From positions 2,001,877 through 2,065,876 of the forward strand of contig CAVXIR010000004.1 of NCBI GenBank assembly GCA_963761975.1: a stretch of 64,000 nucleotides of DNA. The letters run 5' to 3'. The position numbers and the translations under genes were made by a program. Positions 10,217 through 19,447 of this stretch are shown here, piece after piece (positions within the stretch are counted from its first letter, which is position 1; every line of letters begins with the position of its first letter). The DNA comes from Vicinamibacterales bacterium (lineage in GTDB: Bacteria; Acidobacteriota; Vicinamibacteria; Vicinamibacterales; JAMQPK01). The notes beneath the pieces were generated by a model. That model saw only the letters and a program-made list of their open reading frames with translations, had not been told where the DNA came from and made no database searches.

Positions 10217-10650
10217 CGACGCCGAGACGCCGAGGCGCAGAGCTGCCGGCGGAAACAGCGAAGCGCTCCCCGTTTTCCTCCGATGATGATCAGCTCGACG
10301 AACAACGCGACGACACGACGAGCGCGACGTCGGAGCACAGCGTGATGGCCTCTGTGGGGTGCGTGAGCGGCCTCTACCGGGCATCGACTTCGTGAGCCGC
10401 GGATGCGGCTCACACAAGAACAAGAGGCGCCACGAATACAGAGCAGCTGGACCGACTGGGCTCTTGTTATTCGTGGCGCTTCTTGTTCTTGTGCGCCAGG
10501 GGCGCGAAGTCGATGCCGTGCTCCCAATCTCCGTGATGTGATGGCCTCGAGTACGTTGGCAGCCGCGCGATCGAGCTCAAAGCAGCGCGCGGCCGGATTC
10601 GTAATCTCTTGAGCTGCGTGTTTTCTCGGCGCCTCTGCGCCTTTGCGTCG
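10217..10650. mobile_element. Putative non-autonomous element: inverted 8-nt-period arrays enclosing structured element copy A
   Basis: Left arm cgacgccgagacgccgaggcgcagag (10217-10242) vs right arm ctcggcgcctctgcgcctttgcgtcg (10625-10650), 21/26 complementary. Confidence 0.5.
10259..10535 (+). ncRNA. Candidate structured RNA (perfect four-way junction), copy A
   Basis: P1 10381-92/10505-16; P2 10393-10412; P3 10413-10493; P4 10494-10504. Covaries with copy B; G.U pair on this strand. Confidence 0.65.
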
Positions 10651-10757
10651 TACTACGCCGATCAGAAAACCGCAATAGAAGGCCACGCAATCGACTGTCG
10701 GTGTGCAGAAAATTCTGCCTCCTCGACTATTCCCGTGCGCAACGATGCAGCTTCATA

Positions 10758-12002
10758 TTAGTAATCGAGCAGGCCGGTGAAACGCGCCAGGCTGACGATT
10801 TCGTCGAACTGAGGGGCCAGCAGGTGCATGGCGCCGGTGACCGTGCCCACCAGCATCGCGAAACACGAGACCATCAGAAGCAACGGTCGCTCGCGCTCGA
10901 CGAGCACCTCGAGCACGATCACATACAGGGCGGTTACGGCAGGAGCGATGTGACGCATCTGAAACCCATAACCGTTGAGGCCGAGCATCGTGAGGGTGAC
11001 CATCACGATAAAGAACCATAGGGCGGCAACTTGAACGGTGCGATTGACCCGGATCGCTCGTTCTCGAACGATGACCCACAACGCTACGAGCGCCAGAGGC
11101 ATGATGAGAGCCAACTTGACCGCGTAATAGTACCCAGGACGCTCGACGGCGATGCGAACGAACGGATAGAGCTCCATCAATCTCGCGTCCGGCTTTACCC
11201 ATGAAGGAACAACAACGCCGTTCTTCAGATAGAAGGCAATCAACCAGGGAACGACGAACAACGCTACAGGAAGAAGCACTGTCATCATGGACACCGCGCG
11301 CTGTTTCCACGGTTCCTCATGGCGAACGCATACAAACAGAAACACTGGCACGAGAATCAACGCGGTCAGTTTCGCAAGGGCCGCCAGCCCGAGAAGACTG
11401 CCTGCCACCGCAAGAGTCAGGCGACGCCGCTGTCCGGAGGCGGCCAGCAGCAGCGCTACGGATAGAGCGGTGAGGCCTGAGAGGAGGCTGTCGATCCAAA
11501 GCCGCCGAGAGACAAACATGAGAAGCGGATCGGCAGCCACGCCCAGCACAGGAAGCCAGAACGCCGGAAGGGTAATGGACGGGTCAGCGGCATCACGCAT
11601 CAGGGCGCGTCGACTCATTATGGCAACCGCGATGACGGCGAGCGCATGACCCAGCCACGATACCAACACTGCCGCGTTCTCCATGTCTGCAATCGCAAAT
11701 AGTGCCAGGAGAGCTGAAAACAGAGGTGGATGATGGAAAAGTGGCCGATCGTAAATGTGCGGTGAAAGCTCCTTCAGCACCTCGCTGCCACGCAGCGAGT
11801 AGTCACCCGTGCGAGCGAGATTCTCAGCGAGTTGCCAGTAAATGCGCTCATCTCCCTCGACGCGAGGATACAGCAAGCTCGGAAGCTTGAAGAGCAGGCA
11901 CAGAACTACGACGGCCCAGCAAAACAGAACGAAGTTACGTGTTGAAGCAACCGCACGGGATGGTGCTTTCGTGGCCCGAACGGCGTTCTGTCGCTTGCTC
12001 AT
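10758..12002 (-). CDS. ArnT/PMT-like (GT-C fold) membrane glycosyltransferase
   Basis: GDERIY, HHPPLF, LAALAKLTA; about 10 TM segments. Confidence 0.8.
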   Translation of the reverse strand: MSKRQNAVRATKAPSRAVASTRNFVLFCWAVVVLCLLFKLPSLLYPRVEGDERIYWQLAENLARTGDYSLRGSEVLKELSPHIYDRPLFHHPPLFSALLALFAIADMENAAVLVSWLGHALAVIAVAIMSRRALMRDAADPSITLPAFWLPVLGVAADPLLMFVSRRLWIDSLLSGLTALSVALLLAASGQRRRLTLAVAGSLLGLAALAKLTALILVPVFLFVCVRHEEPWKQRAVSMMTVLLPVALFVVPWLIAFYLKNGVVVPSWVKPDARLMELYPFVRIAVERPGYYYAVKLALIMPLALVALWVIVRERAIRVNRTVQVAALWFFIVMVTLTMLGLNGYGFQMRHIAPAVTALYVIVLEVLVERERPLLLMVSCFAMLVGTVTGAMHLLAPQFDEIVSLARFTGLLDY

Positions 12003-13853
12003 CGAGCACGTCCAGGATGGGGCATGGCATTGCTATCGTTTCGCAGCTTCTCCAACAACTCGCGCACGGGCAGGTCGGGCTTTCCCGCCAGGGCAACTTC
12101 GAGGTGCGCGATCGCCTCGGGCCGGCGGGCCGGGACGTCAGCCAGCGCAACGCCGAGATTCACATGGGCTTCGAGGCTGTCCGGCTGAACCTTCGCGGCC
12201 CTTTCGAGATGCGTGATCGCCTCGGCATGCCGGCCGGGCACGTCCATCAGCAGCGTGCCCAGGTTGTAGTGGGCGCGAAAATGATCGGGCTCGAGTCGAA
12301 GCACTGCCTCGTATTGCGCAATCGCCGCATGCGATCGATCGCGCTTGTCGGCCAGGGCATCCCCGAGCCGCATACGCGCGAGCACCAGGTTGTCCTTTGC
12401 GCCGGCGTAGCCGGGTCTGGCCCGCAGTGCGCCTTGGTACGCGTCAACCGCCTCGGACAGGCGGTTCTGTGCGGCCAGCTCTGTGCCGAGATTCTGGTAC
12501 GCCATCCACGCGTGCGGGTTCCGCGCGATCGTATCGCCAAACAGCTTTTCGGTATTCTGATAGACACCGCTGCGGTTCCAGGTGAGCACGCCGAGGATCG
12601 CGACGATTGCCGCGCTGGCGATCGTCAACACACGCCGTTGCCGCGGCTCCAAATGAGCCGCAGCACTCGTCAGCGCGCTGGCCGCGGGCACGATGATGCC
12701 GAGGCTCGCCAGGTATTGGAAGTGGTCCGCCACATACGAGAACAGGAACGGATATACGTTGACGAACCCGAGCACCGGAACGAGCGTTCCGCAGAAGAAC
12801 AGGTAGCCGGCAAGCGGCCCACGCCTGCCCACCGAAGCGGTCTGCTTGCCTACCGTAGCGACCTGCCCAGTGTGCGCGAAGGTGGGCCGCGCAACCATGC
12901 CGAGCGCAATCGCTATCGCGACTGCGCCCGACGGATAGAGGGTACTGCCACAAGCTCGACGCGTCGATCGTCCAGCGCGGATAAACAAAGATGAGATTGA
13001 CGGGCCAGAACAACTTGGTCAGATAGAAACAGATGACACGACCGGCGAGAAGCATGCGCTCGACGGCAGTCAGCGCGAAGTCCTCTCCCTGTGCGCCGAT
13101 GATCTGATGTTCGAACCAGGCGGTAAGCAGGCCGGCAGCAACGGCGACGACGAGCCACGGCGCCATGGGCACCACATCTCGCCATTCGATACGGCCGCGC
13201 TGCCACCACATCACGAGAAGCAAGGCAGCAGGTAATGTCGCGGTGACCGTCTTCGTGAGGAGTGCGCAGCCAAACAGCGCGAAGGCCAGCCAGTACCAGG
13301 CAGCCCTAAAGGGCTGCGCTACCGAATCGGCCCGCGTAGTGCTGGCCTTGAGTCCAGCCAGATACACATATGCCGATGCGAGATAGAACACGGCCGAAAG
13401 CGTGTTCTTCTGTTCCGAGATCCAGGCAACGGATTCGACGCAGACAGGATGGAGCGCGAAGATCAGGCCGGCCAGAAATGCGCCGGGTAGTGAAAGCTGC
13501 CGCAGCACGAGAACGACGAGAACAGCGGCTGTGGAGTGAAGGGCAACGTTGGCCAGGTGGTAACCGAGCATCGAATCGCCCCAGAGGCGATGCTCGAGCC
13601 AGAACGCTGAATGGAGAAGTGGATAGGACTGCTGGGTAGCGCCGAGCTCTGTCCAGATGCGCCACAGCCCTCCGAACGATCGCAGCTCGGGCACGGTAAT
13701 GTGACTGAGATCGTCCCACAGCACGCGGCCGTTCAGCGCCGGCGAGTACGCGATGAACACCGCGCCGAAGATGAGCAGCCAGAAATATTCGCCGTATGCT
13801 GATGGGCGCACCTCCGGGCGCGTCGTGGGCCGCGCGACTCGCTTGCGCTTCAC
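11999..13853 (-). CDS. TMTC-like GT-C membrane protein with C-terminal TPR repeats (frameshift at ~12940)
   Basis: LWDD, YHLANVALH, HPVCVESVAWISEQK, ADHFQY, AHYNLG TPRs; removing one C gives WQYLYP. Confidence 0.8.
12823..12887. repeat. Palindromic repeat (CCCACCTTCGC..GCTACGGTGGGCAAG type) in frame inside the TPR gene
   Basis: cctgcccaccgaagc / cttgcctaccgtagc direct units plus gcgaaggtggg; encodes PTFAHTGQVATVGKQTASVG. Confidence 0.6.
13300..13358. repeat. GTAG-type REP doublet in frame inside the TPR gene
   Basis: gcagccctaaagggctgcgCTAC..GTAGtgctggccttgagtccagc; encodes AGLKASTTRADSVAQPFRAA. Confidence 0.8.
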
Positions 13854-13883
13854 GTTGAGTACATACCACGACGCTCGGCAGAG

Positions 13884-13918
13884 AAAAAAAGGGCGACGGC
13901 CCATTCAGACCGTCGCCC
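13884..13918 (-). terminator. Rho-independent terminator after the TonB receptor
   Basis: gggcgacgg/ccgtcgccc stem followed by T7 on the minus strand. Confidence 0.8.
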
Positions 13919-13986
13919 ACGAACCTAACAAACCTACGAACCTACGAACCCCACGAACTCTCCGAACCCTACGAACCCACGAACCT
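13919..13986. repeat. 8-9-nt-period array (ACGAACCT/C)
   Basis: cgaacctaac aaaccta cgaaccta cgaacccca cgaactctc cgaacccta cgaaccca cgaacct. Confidence 0.85.
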
Positions 13987-13991
13987 CAGCG

Positions 13992-16900
13992 TCAGAAAAT
14001 GTAACGAATCGACATCTGCATGCGCCGCTCGTTACGAGACGACGTCACCTTGCCGAAGTTCGTATCGGTCTGCACGCCCGTATTCGGGTCGAACACCGGC
14101 GTGTTGTCGATGTCCTGGAACGACACCTGGTTGAACAGGTTGTAAATCTCCAGGCGGTACTGCAACTGCTGAGAGCCCTTGAGCCTGATGTCCTTGAAGA
14201 ACGAGAGGTCGTGGTTGTGCCAGCCCGGCTGCGTGAATTTCCACGAACGGCAGTCGTTGCCCCTCTGACCGGCACCGGTCAGCGGCTTCACTGCGGCCGT
14301 ATTGAACCACTTGTCAACGCTATGCTCACCTCTCGGCAGATCGAGTTCGCCGTCGATGTTGTAGAGAGCGCATTGCTCGCCGCCGCCGGTGAAGTCGAAA
14401 CTCGGGCTGTAGGTGACCACGCCCTGCGGCCGACCGGTATTGGTGCCGATGTTGCCGCGTCCCCCGCTGCCGAATGTGCTGATTCCGGAGACACGCCAGT
14501 TGTCGAGTGCCCACCGCACGGCCTTGTTTCCGCCGAAGAACCGGCTCACACCAGGCAACTCGACCTGGTAGGACGAGACGAGCACGTGTTCCTGAATATC
14601 TCTCCGCTGATCGATGTTCGGCAACGTCGACCACACGTCATTGTTCCCGCTCCCGCCATACGTGTCTTCGTACCCGCGTGCGAACGTGTAACTGCCTGCC
14701 ATTTCGAAGCGTCCGGTGAACCGGCGCGTCACCTGCAACTGCAGCGAGTCGTAGGACTGCCATCCACTGGGGCTCCCGATCTCGATGTCGTTGAACCCGA
14801 GGATCGGCCTCAGGAACACGTCGGGCAGCGCGCCCGGGTTTGAAGCCGACGCAGCGATCGTCGTGTCACGACTTGTCGGTAGGAACCGCACGCCCGCTGG
14901 CAACTCGTTGATGTTCACCTCGCGTACCACGTGTTTCGTCCGTGAGGCAACCCAAGCCGCGTCGACAACGATGTTCCGGCCGATCTCTCGCTGAATGGCC
15001 GCGGTGTAGCGGATGTTGTTCGGACGTGCGTTCTCGGTCCGGATCGGACCGCTGGTATTCGGCACCACTGCGGTTGCCGAAGCGCCGGTCAGATACGAAT
15101 CGAGGTCCGTGAACAGAACTTCCCTGTTGTAGCGGAAGGCCGCGTTGCCTCCGCCCTGCTGATAGCTGTTGCCGGCATAGCTGTCATGGAAAGAGCCCAC
15201 AGCCGCACGAACGACGGTCCGCGGATTGAGCGACCACGCCATGCCGATCCGCGGATCGAATTGTATGCCCGGATAGTCGATGAACCCGCTACTGCCACTA
15301 TCCAGATAGTTGCCGTCTTCCTGCGTGACGAATCCGTTTATCTTGCAAGGGTTGGCACCATCCGGGATCACGCCGCAGGTGTAACCCGTTCCCGGCACAA
15401 TCTGGCCGACGAAGGTTTGCGGCAGGATTTGACCCGTGCGAGGGTTCTGCGCACGCCGGCCTTGAGGCGTGGTGATGGGCCGGAAGAACACGGGCGGGTT
15501 GCCGCCCCATGCCGGATCGAAGCGCTCCTGACTGAACGCCGACGCCTCGTTGGCCTGCGTCAGGGGAACAGCCCATTTATACATGCGGACGCCGACGTCG
15601 AGTGTGACCTTCTGATTCACCTTCCACGTATCCTGGACGAACCACGCCCACGCTCTCTGACGCCGGTCGTCCGGCACACGGCCCATCGATTCGGTGTAGC
15701 GGAAGACGTGGCCGAGCACGGCGTTCGCGTACGCATACTGTGTGCTGAGCGGATCGTTCGCGTCGTGCGCGAAGTTGAACTCGCCGCCGAATACGCCTGA
15801 ACGCGCCTGCCCGAAGAACTCGTCTTCGCGCATGATGCCCATCTTGTAGGTATGCGCGCCGCGGGTGTGCGTCAGGTTGAGGGCGACGTTGGCGTTGATG
15901 TCATCGCCCGTGATGGGCCAGCGGCCGTCGTAGAAGATGTCGGAGCACGGGGTCACCTGGTTGCCGCCGCAATCGGTCGTGCCGGAGCCGCTCGGCAGCG
16001 CGCCAAACCGCACCACCGGAATCAGGCCGAGCGGGTTGTGCTGTCCGGCGAATTGAGGAAGTCTCGCGATCTGCGGATAGGTCGACCGCTGAATCCCGCG
16101 CAGTGCTTCGTCGCTTCCCGGCGGCCCGTCTTCGACCTGGTCTGAGAAACCGGCGTTGAACTCCAGCACGGTCGACGTGTTGAGCACGCGCGTGTAGTCC
16201 GCCTTGACGGCGTTGACGAAGAAGTCGTATCGCTGGCTGACGAGACCCCACCGTGATGACGCACCGGCGACGTTATAGCCGACGCTCTTCGTGAACCAGT
16301 TTGAGTACTTGACGGAGATCGAGTCGCGGTCAGTGGGCCGATAGTCGACTCGCGCGAGTTGCTGCCGCCGTGGATGGTCGATGCTCGGCTCCTGATACTG
16401 GAAGTTGGCTCCCGGATCGCCAGTGACATTCGGCGGCGGCAGCAAATTCAGCAGCGCCTGGCCACGGGGATCGATCCGGTTCGCAGGAATGACGTTGTTC
16501 GGGAACTGCACACCCGTCGTCGGATCGATAATCTGGATGAGCGTGCCGTTCGGTCGCCGCGTCTGCGAGAAATCGCCGTTCCGCTCGAGAGCCGTCGGCA
16601 TCGTGTAACGCCGCAAGATGTTCACGTCTTTCAGCCGCGTGTCGTCAACCGAATAGAAGAAGAAGAGCTTGTTCGTGGCGATCTTCGGAACGGGACCACC
16701 CAGCGTGCCGCCCAACGTCGAATACCGGTAGAACGGCTTTGGAGTGCCCGTCCGATTATTGAAGAAGTTGGTCGCGTTCCACATCTCGTGGCGCTTGTAC
16801 CAGTAACCGGTGCCGTGGTATTCCGCACCACCGCGCTTGGTGATGATGTTGACCTGGGCGCCGCCTTTCAACCCGTACTCGGCCGTGTAGTTGCTCATCT

Positions 16901-17567
16901 GCACGTTGATTTCGGCGATGGCGTCCACGTTGGTCGCATTGCTGAAGCTGCCGCCTCCGCCGCCGTCACCACCGTTGATGCCGTCGACGTAGATGGTCTG
17001 CCCGGTGCCGCCCTGAATGTTCGGCACGGGTGTCGAGAAGCTGCCGCCAAAGGTCTCCTGGTCGTTGGCCAGCAGGCCAACGCCGGGGAGAATCTTCAGG
17101 AACGAGATTGGATCGCGCCCGCGAATCGAGAGGTTCTCCACCTGCTTCAAATCGAGGAGCGCCATCTGCGACGTTTGCGACATCGCCACCACTTCGCCAA
17201 TGGCACTGACCGTGACCGCCTCGGCGAGCGTGCCGACTTCCAACTTCACAGGCGGCAGCTGCAGGCGGTTGTTCGACACCACCATGTTGCTGCGCCGCTC
17301 GAACGGCCTGAACCCCGTGAGCTCGACGCGGACCGTGTAAGGACCGGGCTGCAAAGCAGGAAACGTGAAGAGGCCAACCTCATTCGTGACGGTGCGGCGG
17401 ACCTCCTGAGTTTGTTCGCTGGTGAGGATCACATCGGCGCCGGGAACGACTTGATCCTGCGCATCGACGACGGTCCCCAACACGGAACCGGTTGTGGTCT
17501 GCGCTGATGCATCGATCGCAACCATCATCAGCAGGACCAAAGCGACCATTGCCCTGAAGTACCTCAT
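13992..17567 (-). CDS. TonB-dependent receptor, Oar-like, with N-terminal carboxypeptidase-regulatory domain
   Basis: GTVVDAQDQVVPGADV, NYTAEYG, FVQDTWKVN, PRIGMAW; C-terminal RRMQMSIRYIF. Confidence 0.93.
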   Translation of the reverse strand: MRYFRAMVALVLLMMVAIDASAQTTTGSVLGTVVDAQDQVVPGADVILTSEQTQEVRRTVTNEVGLFTFPALQPGPYTVRVELTGFRPFERRSNMVVSNNRLQLPPVKLEVGTLAEAVTVSAIGEVVAMSQTSQMALLDLKQVENLSIRGRDPISFLKILPGVGLLANDQETFGGSFSTPVPNIQGGTGQTIYVDGINGGDGGGGGSFSNATNVDAIAEINVQMSNYTAEYGLKGGAQVNIITKRGGAEYHGTGYWYKRHEMWNATNFFNNRTGTPKPFYRYSTLGGTLGGPVPKIATNKLFFFYSVDDTRLKDVNILRRYTMPTALERNGDFSQTRRPNGTLIQIIDPTTGVQFPNNVIPANRIDPRGQALLNLLPPPNVTGDPGANFQYQEPSIDHPRRQQLARVDYRPTDRDSISVKYSNWFTKSVGYNVAGASSRWGLVSQRYDFFVNAVKADYTRVLNTSTVLEFNAGFSDQVEDGPPGSDEALRGIQRSTYPQIARLPQFAGQHNPLGLIPVVRFGALPSGSGTTDCGGNQVTPCSDIFYDGRWPITGDDINANVALNLTHTRGAHTYKMGIMREDEFFGQARSGVFGGEFNFAHDANDPLSTQYAYANAVLGHVFRYTESMGRVPDDRRQRAWAWFVQDTWKVNQKVTLDVGVRMYKWAVPLTQANEASAFSQERFDPAWGGNPPVFFRPITTPQGRRAQNPRTGQILPQTFVGQIVPGTGYTCGVIPDGANPCKINGFVTQEDGNYLDSGSSGFIDYPGIQFDPRIGMAWSLNPRTVVRAAVGSFHDSYAGNSYQQGGGNAAFRYNREVLFTDLDSYLTGASATAVVPNTSGPIRTENARPNNIRYTAAIQREIGRNIVVDAAWVASRTKHVVREVNINELPAGVRFLPTSRDTTIAASASNPGALPDVFLRPILGFNDIEIGSPSGWQSYDSLQLQVTRRFTGRFEMAGSYTFARGYEDTYGGSGNNDVWSTLPNIDQRRDIQEHVLVSSYQVELPGVSRFFGGNKAVRWALDNWRVSGISTFGSGGRGNIGTNTGRPQGVVTYSPSFDFTGGGEQCALYNIDGELDLPRGEHSVDKWFNTAAVKPLTGAGQRGNDCRSWKFTQPGWHNHDLSFFKDIRLKGSQQLQYRLEIYNLFNQVSFQDIDNTPVFDPNTGVQTDTNFGKVTSSRNERRMQMSIRYIF

Positions 17568-17622
17568 ACCCTCCCCTTTCTTGGCGGTATGTGTGTTTGG
17601 CAGAGAGATATTGTGCGGGGGT

Positions 17623-17701
17623 AAGTTACCGAGGGCGGTGAAGGCTGTCAAGAAAAAACAGGCCACTTGACCGGTAAAGTTACGCTACTTTACCGATATA
17701 G
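17623..17701 (-). promoter_or_regulatory. Sigma70 promoter plus two operator-like palindromes upstream of the TonB receptor
   Basis: TTGACA (17651-17646), 17 nt, TAACTT (17628-17623); CTTGACCGGTAAAG 17666-79 and CTTTACCGATATAG 17688-701. Confidence 0.65.
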
Positions 17702-17708
17702 CTGCACG

Positions 17709-18875
17709 TTAGATCCAAAGCAACGGCTGCCGGACAACAAAATTCCGGATCACCTCGTCGACGGTCGGATCCGAGTCCAGTTTCAGCCACAAGTCCACAT
17801 ACTCTGGCCGAACGAGTGCTCGCCCCGCAAATAACAGACTCGGATGGCGAACCGGCCAGTTTTCGTGGTACTGGACGTCGGGTTTATGCGGCCAGCGCGA
17901 TTTATCGGCGATATACGGAAACATGAATTGCATCATCTTGCGCATGCCCCGCCCATCGGGCAATTCGAATCGCCAGAGGTCGTCGCGCGAATCGGATAAC
18001 GTCTGGCAAACGATCGTAAAAGCGTCGAGGTTGAACAGCGAGTAACCGTACGGCTTGGTCCGCGCAATCTCGAGCGGGAAACTGCCGTCCGCCGCCACCT
18101 GTGTCGGAACCAGCACGGTCTTGTAACGGGTGCGACAGAACGTCATGAGCTCTCGATCGCCGGTGTAGCGCGAAAACTCGCCGACCTGCGCGACCCAGCA
18201 CGTGCCGTGGTTGTTCTCTGCGTTGCGCTCATCAATCCCGTACTGATGAGTCGTCATCCAGGTGAGATAGCGCGTGAACCACTCGCGAACACCTGTGCGA
18301 TCGTTCGACGACATCGCGCCCGATCCGTCGAGCACGCTTGCCGCGCGGGCAACCTCCACCAGATGCAGCGTGTCGATGATGCCGATGCCGCGGCCGGTGA
18401 AGTGCCCTTTGATGGCCTGCCCGTAAAGCAGGTGCGGGTTCATCAGCGTGTCGCCGTCGACGAACCAGGCGCGCAGGTGACGCACCGCGTGATCGGCGTA
18501 ACGGCGCTCGCCCGTGACCTTCCACGCTGCCGCAAGTGCAGGCACCTGCAGGCTCAGGCGCACCATCGCCTGCCGATGGCCGACGAAGTTATCCGGATTG
18601 GTCTCGCCGTCACGCCGGATGTACGGGCCGTCGGGATTCTTCGGGTCGGGCCACCAGTAATCACCCTCGGAAAAGAAGTCGTGTTTCCCTCCGGCGCTGC
18701 GCGGACTGCTCGTCGCCGTAATCGTGATTGGGTTTTCGCCGAGGTATTTGTTCGCCGCGCGCAGCACGCGCTCGCGCTCGATGGTGGCGAGGTCGAAAGT
18801 GCGCGCTTGTGCGAGGGCAAGTGTGCCGAGGGACACAACCCCAAAGGGAAGACCGAGAAACGTACGCCTATCCAT
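17709..18875 (-). CDS. Alginate lyase family polysaccharide lyase (Tat-exported)
   Basis: MDRRTFLG Tat signal; SEGDYWWPDP, NNHGTCW, RTKPYGYSLFNL. Confidence 0.9.
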   Translation of the reverse strand: MDRRTFLGLPFGVVSLGTLALAQARTFDLATIERERVLRAANKYLGENPITITATSSPRSAGGKHDFFSEGDYWWPDPKNPDGPYIRRDGETNPDNFVGHRQAMVRLSLQVPALAAAWKVTGERRYADHAVRHLRAWFVDGDTLMNPHLLYGQAIKGHFTGRGIGIIDTLHLVEVARAASVLDGSGAMSSNDRTGVREWFTRYLTWMTTHQYGIDERNAENNHGTCWVAQVGEFSRYTGDRELMTFCRTRYKTVLVPTQVAADGSFPLEIARTKPYGYSLFNLDAFTIVCQTLSDSRDDLWRFELPDGRGMRKMMQFMFPYIADKSRWPHKPDVQYHENWPVRHPSLLFAGRALVRPEYVDLWLKLDSDPTVDEVIRNFVVRQPLLWI

Positions 18876-18913
18876 GGCCGCCCATCTTATCGTGCGAGGC
18901 ACGGCGATTGTGC

Positions 18914-19394
18914 GAGGGCACGGAGGCATATCCCAACACGGAAGGCACGGGGTCACGGAGACGCACGGTGAAGAATTGGCCTATCAAGAGAAATTCTCTG
19001 CCGGTCATTCCTACACGCGCCTGAGAGGGACTGTTCTCAACATGGAGATTGGAAGCCTCGCATCGACGTCGCGCCTCGGGCGCACCCGAACGAGACGACG
19101 CCCGAATATCAAGAGCCAGGAAATCAGTCGCTCTTGTATTCGAGCGTCGTCTCGTTCGGGTGTGGGCCGCAGACGCGGCCCACGACGTCGATGCACCCAC
19201 ACCGAGGGACCTGAGGCCGCCCAGGAAGTCCGTCACGAAGCACGTCGTGCCGTCGTGTCGCCCTGTCCTTCCTCGCTCCAACATTGCTCAAGGAAACGTC
19301 GAGCGCTTCGTCGTGGGTTGCGGCCTCCATCCAGCGCGGAGTAGCTCAGTGCCCCCGTGACTCCGTGTTTAGACACGCAACCCTCCGTGCTCTC
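18914..19394. mobile_element. Putative non-autonomous element: inverted CACGGAG-type arrays enclosing structured element copy B
   Basis: aacacggaaggcacggggtcacggag (18935-60) vs gtgcccccgtgactccgtgtt (19349-69); outer gagggcacggagg / cctccgtgctctc. Confidence 0.5.
19041..19310 (-). ncRNA. Candidate structured RNA (perfect four-way junction), copy B
   Basis: P1 19060-71/19183-94; P4 19072-82; P3 19083-19162; P2 19163-82; reverse-complement homolog of 10259-10535. Confidence 0.65.
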
Positions 19395-19399
19395 CTAAC

Positions 19400-19436
19400 T
19401 TGACGACGACATCAAAATGATATCATAATGATGTCG
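19400..19436 (+). promoter_or_regulatory. Promoter with overlapping 30-bp palindromic operator (probable RHH autoregulation)
   Basis: TTGACG, 18 nt, CATAAT; cgacatcaaaatgat|atcataatgatgtcg. Confidence 0.7.
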
Positions 19437-19447
19437 AGGTCACAGCG

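Noticed and set aside
10259..10535. Retron msr-msd or tRNA interpretation of the four-way-junction element
   Set aside because: No reverse transcriptase in the window. Arm lengths and the lack of T-loop/D-loop consensus exclude tRNA. A trans-acting RT elsewhere cannot be excluded.
18868..19360. Short ORFs across the structured elements (also 10090..10395, 10165..10686)
   Set aside because: No family motifs and no reading frame conserved between the two copies; conservation follows base-pairing instead.
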